Source of the DNA: an uncultured Planctomycetaceae bacterium
GTDB taxonomy: Bacteria; Planctomycetota; Planctomycetia; Isosphaerales; Isosphaeraceae
Reading direction: 5' to 3'
DNA: 64,000 nucleotides
NCBI GenBank assembly: GCA_963833985.1
Contig: CAWIAD010000001.1
Coordinates: 160,001 to 224,000, forward strand
Shown: positions 1 to 9,412 of the stretch, piece by piece
Position numbering within the stretch: position 1 is the first letter of the stretch
How the letters are laid out: each line of letters begins with the position of its first letter
The notes under the pieces: generated by a model
What the model was told of the DNA's origin: nothing
Seen by the model: the letters and a program-made list of their open reading frames with translations, nothing else
The model's database searches: none
Translations under genes and position numbers: made by a program

Positions 1-1423
1 CCGAGAGCCACCGAAGGCCAGAACCACCACGGCCGCGAGGCCTGCCCCTGCGCGGCGCTTGCTTCGGATCCGCGGCTTTTGCATTCACGGCCTCGATGGC
101 ACCGTCAGCTCCCTTGATGGTGTTCAGGCTCTGCATCGCAGTCCGCGCCGAGCGAGCCGAGTCCACGTGATCGGTCGCACCAGCAGAGAAGGAGGCATTC
201 GGGGCTGACCCCCTGACGGGCATCAGGACAGGCTGCCCTGTTGGGGCTTCGTCCGGGCCCCGCCTGGACCGGGAAACGGCCACCGGGGGATTTCCCACCT
301 GGTCGCTCCTCGTCTTGAAGAACGGCTTCAAGGCCTGCGCCACTTCATTTGGCGTCTGGAACCGCCGGGCCGGCTCCTTGGCCATCATTCTGGCCACGAT
401 CGAGGCGAGCTCCTGCGGCACGGCCGGCCGGGCCAGGTTCAGCGGTGTCGCAACCTGCGAGTGGTGCGCCTGCAACAGCTCGTACAGGCTGCTCGCCCGA
501 AACGGCGGGGCGCCGGTCAAGAGGTAGTACAGAGTGCATCCCAGGCTATAAATATCAGCGCGGATGTCGGCCTTCTGGGCATCCAACGACTGCTCGGGCG
601 CGATGTAGTCGGGAGTACCAAGCATCTGCCCTTCCTGGGTCAAGCTGCTGTCCTTCTGACCCTCGCGCGTCGCCTTTGCCAGGCCAAAATCCAGCACCTT
701 CACCACCGGCTTCTGGCCCTCGCGTGCCAGGATCAGGTTGCCGGGCTTGATATCGCGGTGCACCATGCCTTTTTCGTGGGCATGCTGAAGACCGAGTGCT
801 GCCTGGTACATGAAGTTGCACGCGTGAGCAACCTGGAGCGGACCTTGTGCCTTGACGAGCTGCGCGAGGTCGTAGCCCTCGACGTATTCCATGGCAAAGA
901 CCAGGCTCTCCCCGGCGCGAAGCACGGAATACGCAGTGACGATGTTGGCATGGTGCAGCCGGGCGGCCGATCGAATCTCGCGCAGGAAGCGGTCCAGCAC
1001 GCCAGAACGGTGCAGCAGATGACCGCTGACGACCTTGAGCACCTCATTCCGCCCCATGAGCCGGTTCTGGGCCAGGTAGACGACTCCCATGCCCCCGCGA
1101 CCCAGCTCGCGGAGTATCTCATAGTCGGCATGGTTGGCCAGGCCCGGCGGCAGCGTGCCTTCCAGAGGACGCGCAGGGACGTTGACCTTCTCGCTGAGGA
1201 AGCTGCCCGGCGTGGACTGACCGAGCCAGGAACTGTCCGCAGCCCGGGCATTTCGCACAGGATCGAGAAAACGGTCATCCGTGAGCTCGGCAGCACGTTT
1301 CCGACAATCCTGACATCGCACCAGATGCTCGCTGAGGATCTCGGCCGCAGCGACATCGAGCTTGCCCAGCTGGTACGACTGCAAGGACTGATCAGTCGGA
1401 TGCGTGATGGCCCTGGCGTCCAT
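1..1423 (-). CDS. Ser/Thr protein kinase with N-terminal anti-sigma-type zinc finger (HxxxCxxC); 3' end runs off the window
   Basis: Manual minus-strand translation from ATG 1423 (GGAG upstream): MDARAITHPTDQSLQSYQLGKLD...EHLVRCQDC...LGRGGMGVVY...HRDIKPGN...DFGLAK...GTPDYIAPE; open to the window edge. Confidence 0.93.
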   Translation of the reverse strand, partial: MDARAITHPTDQSLQSYQLGKLDVAAAEILSEHLVRCQDCRKRAAELTDDRFLDPVRNARAADSSWLGQSTPGSFLSEKVNVPARPLEGTLPPGLANHADYEILRELGRGGMGVVYLAQNRLMGRNEVLKVVSGHLLHRSGVLDRFLREIRSAARLHHANIVTAYSVLRAGESLVFAMEYVEGYDLAQLVKAQGPLQVAHACNFMYQAALGLQHAHEKGMVHRDIKPGNLILAREGQKPVVKVLDFGLAKATREGQKDSSLTQEGQMLGTPDYIAPEQSLDAQKADIRADIYSLGCTLYYLLTGAPPFRASSLYELLQAHHSQVATPLNLARPAVPQELASIVARMMAKEPARRFQTPNEVAQALKPFFKTRSDQVGNPPVAVSRSRRGPDEAPTGQPVLMPVRGSAPNASFSAGATDHVDSARSARTAMQSLNTIKGADGAIEAVNAKAADPKQAPRRGRPRGRGGSGLRWLS

Positions 1424-1858
1424 CAGTCAGTCTCCGGAAGCGCGGTGTGCGGCCGCCTCTGAAGAAAGGAGCCGATTCCGCTCGCAATTGATCGGGAAAG
1501 CAAGAGATTACCACAAACCGATCGCCAGCCACTCTCCTTGGATGCTTGAGGCCTCGAGATCTGGCAAGGGGCAGGCACGATTCGGTCGTCCCACGAACCC
1601 GGACGAGGCCCGAGCTCGGAAGGCAACGTGCAGCCCTGCCATCGCGTCAGGCCGCGATGTCTCGAACGCCCCGGACTGAGTGACTGTAGGGCATGCGATG
1701 GCGTGCCGGGTGCGCGGCAGGGTACTGGTGGGGCGGACGCCCGAGGTTGGAGGCTGCGCCCGTGAAAACCAAGTGCTGTCGCACCTGGCCATGCGCCGCG
1801 GGCTCCAGGCGTAAGCGGACGCCGCCATGTCCACAAGGCCCCGGACGGAGGCAGTCGT

Positions 1859-2065
1859 GCAGAGTGTGTCGGGCGCAGCCACGACGCACCGATGCGCGGC
1901 CCTGACTTTACCAGTGGTGCGTCGTCGCTGCGCTTGACGTACCATACAAATGCTCACGCATGCGATCATCATCTGCGTAAGGTGTGTCCAGCGCAGCGAC
2001 GACGCACCGATACGTGGCCCTGGCTTTAGCACTTGTGCGTCGTCGCTGCGCTGGACGCACCCTAC
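1859..2065. repeat. Two tandem inverted pairs of a ~32 bp REP-like sequence (consensus GTAGGGTGCGTCCAGCGCAGCGACGACGCACC)
   Basis: Arms at ~1859-1890/1916-1947 and ~1977-2008/2034-2065 are reverse complements; the two units are similar with ~118 bp period. Confidence 0.85.
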
Positions 2066-2224
2066 CAAAGATCCCATAGCGAGCTTGGGGCCAAGGAGGC
2101 AAGAACCAGCGTTCGCAATCTTTCAGCAGGCACCGGCGGCAGCAAGGGTGCCAACGGCGAAAACCGACTGGTTGACCTGGCGCCAGCACGCGGGGACACT
2201 CGAATGGGCCCACGGGAAGGCTTC

Positions 2225-2500
2225 AGCAGATCCGCAGCAGGTTTTGGGCAGGATTGCAGTTCGCTTGCCCGGAGGCTGAGGGTTCTGCCTGGCCGCTCTC
2301 CTCGTGGGGTACGATTCCAATCGTGCCATTCCAGGTCCATCAGATCGAAGAAGTGACACGACCGGAATCGTACCCCACGAGGAGATCGACAGGTAACACG
2401 ATCGGGTATCGTGGCCCACAAAGAGCGGCCTCATAGTCATCCAGGATCGCATCAACCTGCTGAATGCTTCTCAAAGAACGATTGCGAACCTGCTTTAGTA
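2225..2500. repeat. Dispersed REP/MITE-like element, copy 1 (core palindrome GTGGGGTACGATTCC...GGAATCGTACCCCAC)
   Basis: Perfect 22 bp inverted repeat 2297-2318/2364-2385; the whole block aligns by eye with 15727-15960. Confidence 0.85.
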
Positions 2501-2859
2501 GCTCCCGAGCGGTCAGGCGGCGGGAAGGTGGTACCTCTCGCCGCCACTTTGCGCCGACGCCTTGACGCCGCTTGTCCAGAATCCGGCGGTCGACACATGC
2601 CTGTTTACCTACGGCGCCTCGCAGGTGCGAGGCGATGCAGTGGCGTGGAATCGAGGAGGTCCAGTGCCGAGATCGACCGATCGCGGACCGGCTCAACTGG
2701 CTCTTCGATAATGGCTCAGTTCCTGACCGCTGCTAACATTCATTCTCAATCGATCAGCCGTATGTTCATGCCATCATGGACGCGCAGCACGACCACAACG
2801 CGCCAAGGGTTGCCGTACGACGTTCAACCAGCGTTTCTCGTCTGGCGCACGCCCTGAGT

Positions 2860-4050
2860 TCAATCCAGCTCGCTGTCGCCGTGGCGCGGAGTTTCTGTCG
2901 GGGCAATGAAGACGCGGTGGCGGGGGAGTTTCTCGATCAGCGATGTGGGCTTGCCGAAATTGGTCGCGAGCACGTCGCGGGGATTGGCCGCGATCCACAT
3001 CGACAGGTCGATCGCTTCATAATGACCCGTGTTGAAGCCGATGAGCACGCGACAGCGCCTGGCGCCGAGGTTCTCGATGGAGTGGCCGTAACCCTGGGGG
3101 ATGTAGCCCACGTCACCCTGGTGCAGCGTTTCGATGCGATAGCGGCCGTGTGAGCCGAAGAGCGTGACGCTCACGTCGCCCTCGATCACGTATTGCCACT
3201 CACCGGAGGTGGGGTGCCAGTGCAGCTCGCGCAGGCCGCCGGGTTCCAGATCGAGGATCACGCCCGTGATGGTTTCTGAGATCGGGAACCGATCCGCGCC
3301 CACGCGCCATTCCCTGCCGCCCTTGTGAATGGAGTGCGGTTCCTGGGCCAGCATGCGGTAGCGATGCGAATGGGGCGGCGAACGCATGGGGCCCTGGTGG
3401 TTCGGGGGGATCGTCTCGGGTGGGACGGGCCCCCGTGCGAAATAGACCTCGCCCGTGGGGAAGCCCTGGAAGTCCGACTCGGGCACGCCGAGATTCTTGG
3501 CCAGCAGATGTTTTGGCGTGTGACCGAGCCAGTCGGTGATGCTGAAGGTACCGAACTCGGAGAAGTGGCCGTTGTCGAAGATGAGAATGAAGTGAGCCGG
3601 CGTGTTGCCCAGGCACTCGAGCATGTGGCCGTGACCGCGCGGAAAATACCAGATGTCGCCGGGATCGAAGTCGTTGGTCTCGGAGCGGCCTTGCGGGTCG
3701 ATCACGGTGGTGCGGACGCGGCCCTCGACCACGAACGCCCACTCCGCGGCCGTGGCGTGCCAGTGCAGCTCGCGCATCGCGCCGGGCTCCAGCCGCATCG
3801 ATACGCCGGCGATCCCCTTGGAGATTGGCAGTTGCTTGACCGTGGCCTCCTTGCCCGAGCTGCCGCCGATGACCTTCCCCTGCGACTTTTCCAGCTCGAA
3901 CTTGAACGTGGGCAGCTCGTCGCCGGCCAGCAGAGGATCGGGCAGGTTGTTCTTGAACGAGAACTCCTCGCCGGCCTCTGCCCGCGGCCCGGCCAGATTT
4001 GCCGCGGCCGCGGCCGCGCCCATGAACAATCTCCGCGAAACCTCCGACAT
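2860..4050 (-). CDS. oxdC: Bicupin, oxalate decarboxylase family, with Tat-like signal peptide
   Basis: Two cupin Mn sites (RELHWH...EW...GD.WY.P.G.GH type, twice), lid FSEFGTF, N-terminus MSEVSRRLFMGAAAAA. Confidence 0.88.
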   Translation of the reverse strand: MSEVSRRLFMGAAAAAANLAGPRAEAGEEFSFKNNLPDPLLAGDELPTFKFELEKSQGKVIGGSSGKEATVKQLPISKGIAGVSMRLEPGAMRELHWHATAAEWAFVVEGRVRTTVIDPQGRSETNDFDPGDIWYFPRGHGHMLECLGNTPAHFILIFDNGHFSEFGTFSITDWLGHTPKHLLAKNLGVPESDFQGFPTGEVYFARGPVPPETIPPNHQGPMRSPPHSHRYRMLAQEPHSIHKGGREWRVGADRFPISETITGVILDLEPGGLRELHWHPTSGEWQYVIEGDVSVTLFGSHGRYRIETLHQGDVGYIPQGYGHSIENLGARRCRVLIGFNTGHYEAIDLSMWIAANPRDVLATNFGKPTSLIEKLPRHRVFIAPTETPRHGDSELD

Positions 4051-4078
4051 GGTGCTGTTTCCCCTGGAGTTCAACGGC

Positions 4079-5227
4079 TCATTCCACCGCGACGCCCTCC
4101 TGGACGTGTTCCTCTGTTGATGTCGCGTGGCCGGTGATGAAGACCTCGATCGGCAGCGTGTGATGGACGACATAGCTGCCATGGCGCGGATTGTGGCGAT
4201 CAGGCTGCATCATGCCACCGTTGTCCTGCGCCCGCGAGCGGATCGTGTATCGGCCCGGTTCGTCCGGCGTCCACCAATCGAACGTCCATCGCCGCCAGGA
4301 GTGCAGCCGCGCGGGGTCGATGAACCGGGCCGGCGCCCACGACCGGCCCTCATTGGTACTGACAGACACCTCGGTGACCTCGAACTCGCCCGCCCACGCC
4401 GCGCCGGCGATCACGCACTGCGTTCCGCACGCGAGCGTGGCATACATCCCAGGACGGAAAATCTCCGATTTCACCGGCATGGCCCCGAGTGGCCGCCGGA
4501 CCGGATATCCGTCCACTTCGTCCCAGTACGCGTAGTCCGACGTCTGCCAGTATCCGCAGAACGGTTCTCGGACCGCGTGGATGCGGGTCAACCACTTCAC
4601 GGAAGCCATGGCGTAGTGCCCCGGGACAATTGCCCGAACCGGGTAGCCGTGTTCGGGAGAGAGGTCGCGCCCGTTCATCCGGTAGGCGATCAGCGTCTCG
4701 GAACTCGTGGCCTTGGCCCGCGGCAAGCTACGTGCATAGGTAATTTCACCGGCGGGCCTGGGCGTTTGCCTTGGCGTGCCTCGATCCGCGCCTTCGAGCA
4801 CAATTTCGCAAGCCTCATCCTCGAGGCTGGCCCGCTCCAGCAGCGCCGCCAGGGGCACTCCCGTCCACTCCGCGTTGCCGACGGCCCCCAGCTCCCACTG
4901 GACCCCTTCGGCCTGCGGTACCAGGAACACCCGGCTGTTTCCCGCACACTCGAGCAGCACCGTCCTCGACTCCGCCGGCATGCCGCGGAGGTCGTCAAAC
5001 GACAGCTCCAGCGGACGTCTGACCGCCCCGTCCACCCGCAGGCGATACCCTTCGCGCTGCGGCGCAGGCGTCGAGAAGTGGGAGCGTACGTAGAACAGCT
5101 CGGTGGGAGTGAGGAACGAGCTGAGCCGATCGACGGGAGTTTCCAGGTTGGCCGGCTCACGCTCGCGTACGATCATGCCGGCCGTGCAGGCGTCTGTATA
5201 ATTCATGAGAGGTTTCCCAGGATGCAT
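4079..5227 (-). CDS. Sulfite oxidase family molybdopterin oxidoreductase (start may be 5206)
   Basis: FYVRSH, LECAGNSR (Mo-ligating Cys), HGYPVRAIVPG..SVKWL, C-terminal Ig-like dimerisation region with SRA.D..G. Confidence 0.9.
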   Translation of the reverse strand: MHPGKPLMNYTDACTAGMIVREREPANLETPVDRLSSFLTPTELFYVRSHFSTPAPQREGYRLRVDGAVRRPLELSFDDLRGMPAESRTVLLECAGNSRVFLVPQAEGVQWELGAVGNAEWTGVPLAALLERASLEDEACEIVLEGADRGTPRQTPRPAGEITYARSLPRAKATSSETLIAYRMNGRDLSPEHGYPVRAIVPGHYAMASVKWLTRIHAVREPFCGYWQTSDYAYWDEVDGYPVRRPLGAMPVKSEIFRPGMYATLACGTQCVIAGAAWAGEFEVTEVSVSTNEGRSWAPARFIDPARLHSWRRWTFDWWTPDEPGRYTIRSRAQDNGGMMQPDRHNPRHGSYVVHHTLPIEVFITGHATSTEEHVQEGVAVE

Positions 5228-5430
5228 TGATTCACGAGTTGATCGAATGATGAATCCTCTTCGCGGGCTCTCTGTCGATCCAGGTGCATTTTCCGGTCCC
5301 TGACCGATCGCCTTTTGTGGGAGCGAGCGGCCTGGTCGGCTGCGATCGCCACCAGGCTCGAGACAGAGGCGACTCGATCAGCAATCGGCCTGAAAGGCAG
5401 AGCGTCCAGGAAGGCCTCCTGGCACGCCCT

Positions 5431-5580
5431 TCACGATGCGTCGGCGGTCAAGGCCTCGTCCGGCACCTGCCACTTCCGCCAGAATACGAGATCCGCGATG
5501 CCAATCACCAGCCTGCCGGCAAGGTCAAGAGCCAGCGGCGTCACACCCAGCATGATCGACCAGTGCACGAGATCGTCCAT
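5431..5580 (-). CDS. Small (49 aa) hydrophobic protein
   Basis: MDDLVHWSIMLGVTPLALDLAGRLVIGIADLVFWRKWQVPDEALTADAS; AAAGGA RBS 7 nt upstream of the ATG; below the ORF-track cutoff. Confidence 0.45.
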   Translation of the reverse strand: MDDLVHWSIMLGVTPLALDLAGRLVIGIADLVFWRKWQVPDEALTADAS

Positions 5581-6067
5581 TCTCGCGTCCTTTCGTCACC
5601 GAACTGTCCCGATGGCGACTGGGATCCGCCAGGCAAGGCGACAAGGGTACCCAGGTCCGGTTTCTACAGCGCCTGGCACGCGTGCTGCGGCCAGCGACTC
5701 CACGCTAGTAATGTCGGAGAAACGGTCTCCCAAACTGCTGCCAATCCCATTGATGAATTGCGGTCGGTGAGTCCCCGGCGGCACCTGAGCACATGCAACG
5801 GGGCAAGCTAAAATGCATGATGTGAACGGATGTATCAGTGCACAACTGCATGAGAGACGGGCAAGCCATCGCTCGGCGCCTTGTTCGATTTTGCAACAAT
5901 ATTCTCAAGATACTGCATCCGGGGACGAGAAGGTTATCGCTAATTCCTTCGGGGAAATCTCTCCCAGCGATTCTTTGCGCGTACATCTCCCCGGTCGCGC
6001 ACAATATAGCCAAAATTGACGATCATAATGCGTTTTTTGGCATTTCTATTGGTCTAGAAAGGCTTCC

Positions 6068-8443
6068 ATGAAATTCGCCCTGCGAGTGCTGCTGCTTGCA
6101 CTCTTTTGCGTGGTGATTGCCGTCTCGGCCGTGTCCCTGCTTGCCGGCTCTGGCTGGCTGAGAAAGCTTGCGGCCACGGGTTCTCAGCAAGCCGGGGCGT
6201 CGTCCGGGGAAGACTCGCAGGCCGAAACGCTCCCCGATCCGAACGCCCCGGGGACGTCGTCGCGCGTGTCTCTCACCGGTGTTCCGTTTGATTACGAGAT
6301 CTTCGGGGTGATGCTGACATACACCGGCAAGGTGCGGGATACGAGCTCCCTGGCCGAGGTGCGCGAGGCGGTGCGCGGACGTGGCCGGCGCGCACTGGCC
6401 GATCTCCGGGTGCAGTATGACCGGCTGCGCGTCAGTCCGTCGCCCACGTTCAACGAGGCGTTAACCGCCATGCGAATGCAGCGCGAACTGGCCTTTGCCT
6501 GCATGTTCGAGGGCAAGTTCGCCGAGGCCAGCTCCTGGCTCCAGCAGGCGCTGGCGCTGAGCCAGACCCGTGGTATGCCGTCGGAAACTCCGCGCGTCTT
6601 CCACGCGCTGCTGGGACTGGTGGCACTGCGGCAGGGTGAGATCGAGAACTGCCTGGAATGCGTGGGGCCTTCGAGCTGTATCTTCCCGCTTGAGCCGGGC
6701 GCCGTGCACCGCCAGCAAGCCGGTTCGCGTGAGGCGGTCAAGCAGTTCACGGCGTATCTCGAGGACGCTCCGGGCGACCTGAGAGCGCGCTGGCTCTTGA
6801 ATCTCGCTTACATGACGCTTGGCGAGTACCCCCGGCAGGTTCCCGCTTCGTACCTCATTCCGCTCGATCGATTCCGATCCAGGATCGACGTCGGCCGGTT
6901 CGAGAACGTCGCCACGGCGGCCGGGTTGACCGTACGCGGCCCGCGCCAGGCGGGCGGTAGCATCTTCGACGACTTCAACAACGACGGCTGGCCAGACCTT
7001 CTGGTCACGTCGATCGATACCGAGGAAGGCGCATCGCTCTTCATGAACAACGGCCACGGCGGATTTGAGGACCGCTCGTCGTGGGCGAACCTGGGCGATC
7101 AGATGTTCGTGCTCAATGTCGCCCATGCCGACTTCGACAACGACGGCAACATTGATATCTTCATGATGCGCGGGGCCTGGGAGAAATCCGCTCGGCCGTC
7201 GCTCTTGCGGAACAAGGGAGGCGGAGTCTTCGAGGACGTGACGATCGCCGCCGGCATGGCCGAGCCGATCTCCACCGAATCCGCCGCATGGGGCGATTAC
7301 GACAATGACGGCAAGGTCGATCTCTATGTTTGCGGCGAGTACACCGGCAAGACTCCGGACCCCCACGGCCACGCCCGGCTCTACCACAACCTGGGCGACG
7401 GCCGATTTGAGAACGTCGCCATGAAGGCCGGGCTGATCAACGATCACTGGTCCAAGGGTTGCGCCTGGGGCGATTATGATCGCGACGGCTGGCTCGACCT
7501 GCTGGTCACAAATCTGGACGGCTCATGCCGGCTCTTCCACAACGAGCAAAACGGCCGATTTCGTGACGCGGCCACAGAGACCGGGTTCGCCCAGAACCGG
7601 GTCGGCAAGCCATTCGCCTGCTGGTTCTGGGATTACGACAACGACGGCTGGCTCGACATGTTCATCAACGATTACGACTGCACGCTGGCCGAGACCGTGG
7701 CCGATTACATGGGCCTGAAACCCGCGCATCAGAGCCATCCCCACCTCTTCCGCAACCTGGAAGGGAAACGGTTCCAGGACGTCAGCGAGGAGGTCGGCCT
7801 GGTGCATCCCATCTCCGCGATGGGCGTGAACTTCGGCGACCTGGACAACGACGGGTTCCTCGACATCTACTTCGGCACCGGCTGGATGTCGTTCGATGGC
7901 CTGGTTCCAAACGTTCTGCTGAAGAACGTCGCGGGCCGCAGCTTCGAGGACGTGACCGACTCCTCGCGCACCGGCCACCTTCAAAAGGGCCACGGCATCT
8001 CCTGGGCCGACTACGACGGCGACGGCGACCTCGACCTCTTCGTGGAGCTGGGCGGCGGCTATCCCAGCGACGCGGGCTACAATGCCCTCTTCCAGAACCC
8101 CGGGCACGGGAAGCACTGGCTGAAGGTGAAGCTGGTGGGCGTTACATCCAACCGCTCGGCGCTCGGTGCCCGGATCGAGGCCCAGGTGAACAAGCCGGAC
8201 GGTGGTTCGGCCTCCATCGTCCGGGTCGTCGGCAACAACGGCAGCTTCGGCGGCAACCCGTTCACCCAGCACTTCGGTCTTGGCGATGGCAAGACGGTGA
8301 GCAAGCTGGTGGTCACCTGGCCGGCCAGCCACACCACGCAGACCTTCACGGATCTGCCCGCCGACCGGTCGATCGTGATCACGGAGGGCGTCGACAAGTA
8401 CATGACGCTCGACCAGAAGCCCGCCAGCCCGGAAAAACCATAG
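6068..8443 (+). CDS. CRTAC1-like protein (FG-GAP/VCBS repeats + ASPIC/UnbV domain), N-terminal signal/TM and TPR-like region
   Basis: Many DxDNDGxxD repeats; C-terminal HWLKVKLVG..SNRSALGARI..HFGLG..V.WP. Confidence 0.9.
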   Translation: MKFALRVLLLALFCVVIAVSAVSLLAGSGWLRKLAATGSQQAGASSGEDSQAETLPDPNAPGTSSRVSLTGVPFDYEIFGVMLTYTGKVRDTSSLAEVREAVRGRGRRALADLRVQYDRLRVSPSPTFNEALTAMRMQRELAFACMFEGKFAEASSWLQQALALSQTRGMPSETPRVFHALLGLVALRQGEIENCLECVGPSSCIFPLEPGAVHRQQAGSREAVKQFTAYLEDAPGDLRARWLLNLAYMTLGEYPRQVPASYLIPLDRFRSRIDVGRFENVATAAGLTVRGPRQAGGSIFDDFNNDGWPDLLVTSIDTEEGASLFMNNGHGGFEDRSSWANLGDQMFVLNVAHADFDNDGNIDIFMMRGAWEKSARPSLLRNKGGGVFEDVTIAAGMAEPISTESAAWGDYDNDGKVDLYVCGEYTGKTPDPHGHARLYHNLGDGRFENVAMKAGLINDHWSKGCAWGDYDRDGWLDLLVTNLDGSCRLFHNEQNGRFRDAATETGFAQNRVGKPFACWFWDYDNDGWLDMFINDYDCTLAETVADYMGLKPAHQSHPHLFRNLEGKRFQDVSEEVGLVHPISAMGVNFGDLDNDGFLDIYFGTGWMSFDGLVPNVLLKNVAGRSFEDVTDSSRTGHLQKGHGISWADYDGDGDLDLFVELGGGYPSDAGYNALFQNPGHGKHWLKVKLVGVTSNRSALGARIEAQVNKPDGGSASIVRVVGNNGSFGGNPFTQHFGLGDGKTVSKLVVTWPASHTTQTFTDLPADRSIVITEGVDKYMTLDQKPASPEKP

Positions 8444-8490
8444 GACGCAAACCCGGCGAACCGCGTCGGGTCCCACCGCTACCGGAGGCG

Positions 8491-8555
8491 AACTACTGGC
8501 ACATCTGCGTCGAAGGCCATGGCGTTGCCCGGGAAGAAGTCGAAGAAGTGCTGGC
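8491..8555 (+). pseudogene. Fragment of the BrnT-like toxin gene (copy of 10101-10165)
   Basis: Near-identical DNA aactactggcacatctgcgtcgaaggccatggcgtt...gaagtcgaaga(a/g)gtgctggc. Confidence 0.85.
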
Positions 8556-8566
8556 CTCGGCCACGA

Positions 8567-9001
8567 TCATGGCAGTCTTCCGATAGTGATGTCCGGGATA
8601 TCCGCCGGCTGGTTGTCGTTGGTCAGAAACACGTCACACCCAAACTCGATTGCTGTAGCGAGATGCAGGGCGTCGGCCAGCCCGTATCGCTTCGGGTGAG
8701 CGGGCGGAATCGCCGGGTATGCGTGGCCCCCCCGGATCGCGCTGGCCCGGGCGTACGTCGCGGCAGTCAGGCTCAGCGTCCGCAGATTCGGCCCGCTGAA
8801 GAACCGGAGAAAGTCCGACAGCCGATGGCCGCCGCCCGGGCCAAGGACGGGGACCAGACATTCCGTGAGGGTCAAGTCATTGATCGCGAAGCGATGGCCT
8901 GCCTGCTCAAGCGCGGCCAGGTGATTGAACGCACGTTGCTGGTCGGCCGGGTTGCCCTCGACCGCGTAGATGACGATCACGGTGTCCAGATAGTACAGCA
9001 C
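8567..9001 (-). CDS. vapC: PIN-domain toxin (VapC family)
   Basis: YLDTVIVIY, LTECLV, LADALHLATAIEFGCDVFLTND acidic PIN motifs. Confidence 0.9.
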   Translation of the reverse strand: MLYYLDTVIVIYAVEGNPADQQRAFNHLAALEQAGHRFAINDLTLTECLVPVLGPGGGHRLSDFLRFFSGPNLRTLSLTAATYARASAIRGGHAYPAIPPAHPKRYGLADALHLATAIEFGCDVFLTNDNQPADIPDITIGRLP

Positions 9002-9307
9002 TCATGGTCCCCCCGACGAGGACCCGCGGCGGGCGGCGTCCAGCTCCCGATCCCGCTCGGCGTCCTCGGCTTGCCGCGCATCATCTTCGGATCTCAAGTC
9101 TTCGGACGACCGGCCGGGGAAGCCGTGCGAGCGCTGTTGGGCCGCGATCTCCCGGATCACGTCCGCCAGGCCGCGTTGTGGCGCAACCGACGCGGCGATA
9201 CGGATCGTGACCCGTACGGGGCCGGGCGGCAGCCGCGGCTGGTGTGAGAGTCGCAGTTCACCGTTCGAGTCCAGCGTGGCGTCGATCGTCTCTTCGATGA
9301 CGTTCAT
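9002..9307 (-). CDS. Putative antitoxin directly upstream of the PIN toxin
   Basis: 101 aa, stop abuts the vapC start; N-terminal beta-rich DATLDSNGELRL...LPPGPVRVTI followed by a charged C-terminus. Confidence 0.75.
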   Translation of the reverse strand: MNVIEETIDATLDSNGELRLSHQPRLPPGPVRVTIRIAASVAPQRGLADVIREIAAQQRSHGFPGRSSEDLRSEDDARQAEDAERDRELDAARRGSSSGGP

Positions 9308-9412
9308 GGCAAGCCCTCCTTCAATCCATCGTAACCGCGACGTCCGGTGTCAGGAATGTCGTCCGCATGGAAACGCCCCTGACACCCAATTGCCACGCGG
9401 TCAGATGGGGTC

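Noticed and set aside
461..1462. 333 aa plus-strand ORF
   Set aside because: Antisense shadow of the minus-strand kinase; the same applies to many long overlapping ORFs in this GC-rich DNA (e.g. 16323-18299, 22838-24466, 40867-42507).
1859..2500. CRISPR array
   Set aside because: The repeats are inverted pairs with similar, non-unique spacers, and there are no cas genes.
2700..2857. Possible ParE-like toxin remnant (YVHAIMDAQHD)
   Set aside because: Too short, with no supporting upstream sequence.
8451..8471. Intrinsic terminator after the CRTAC1-like gene
   Set aside because: Imperfect hairpin with no U-tract; cannot be supported.
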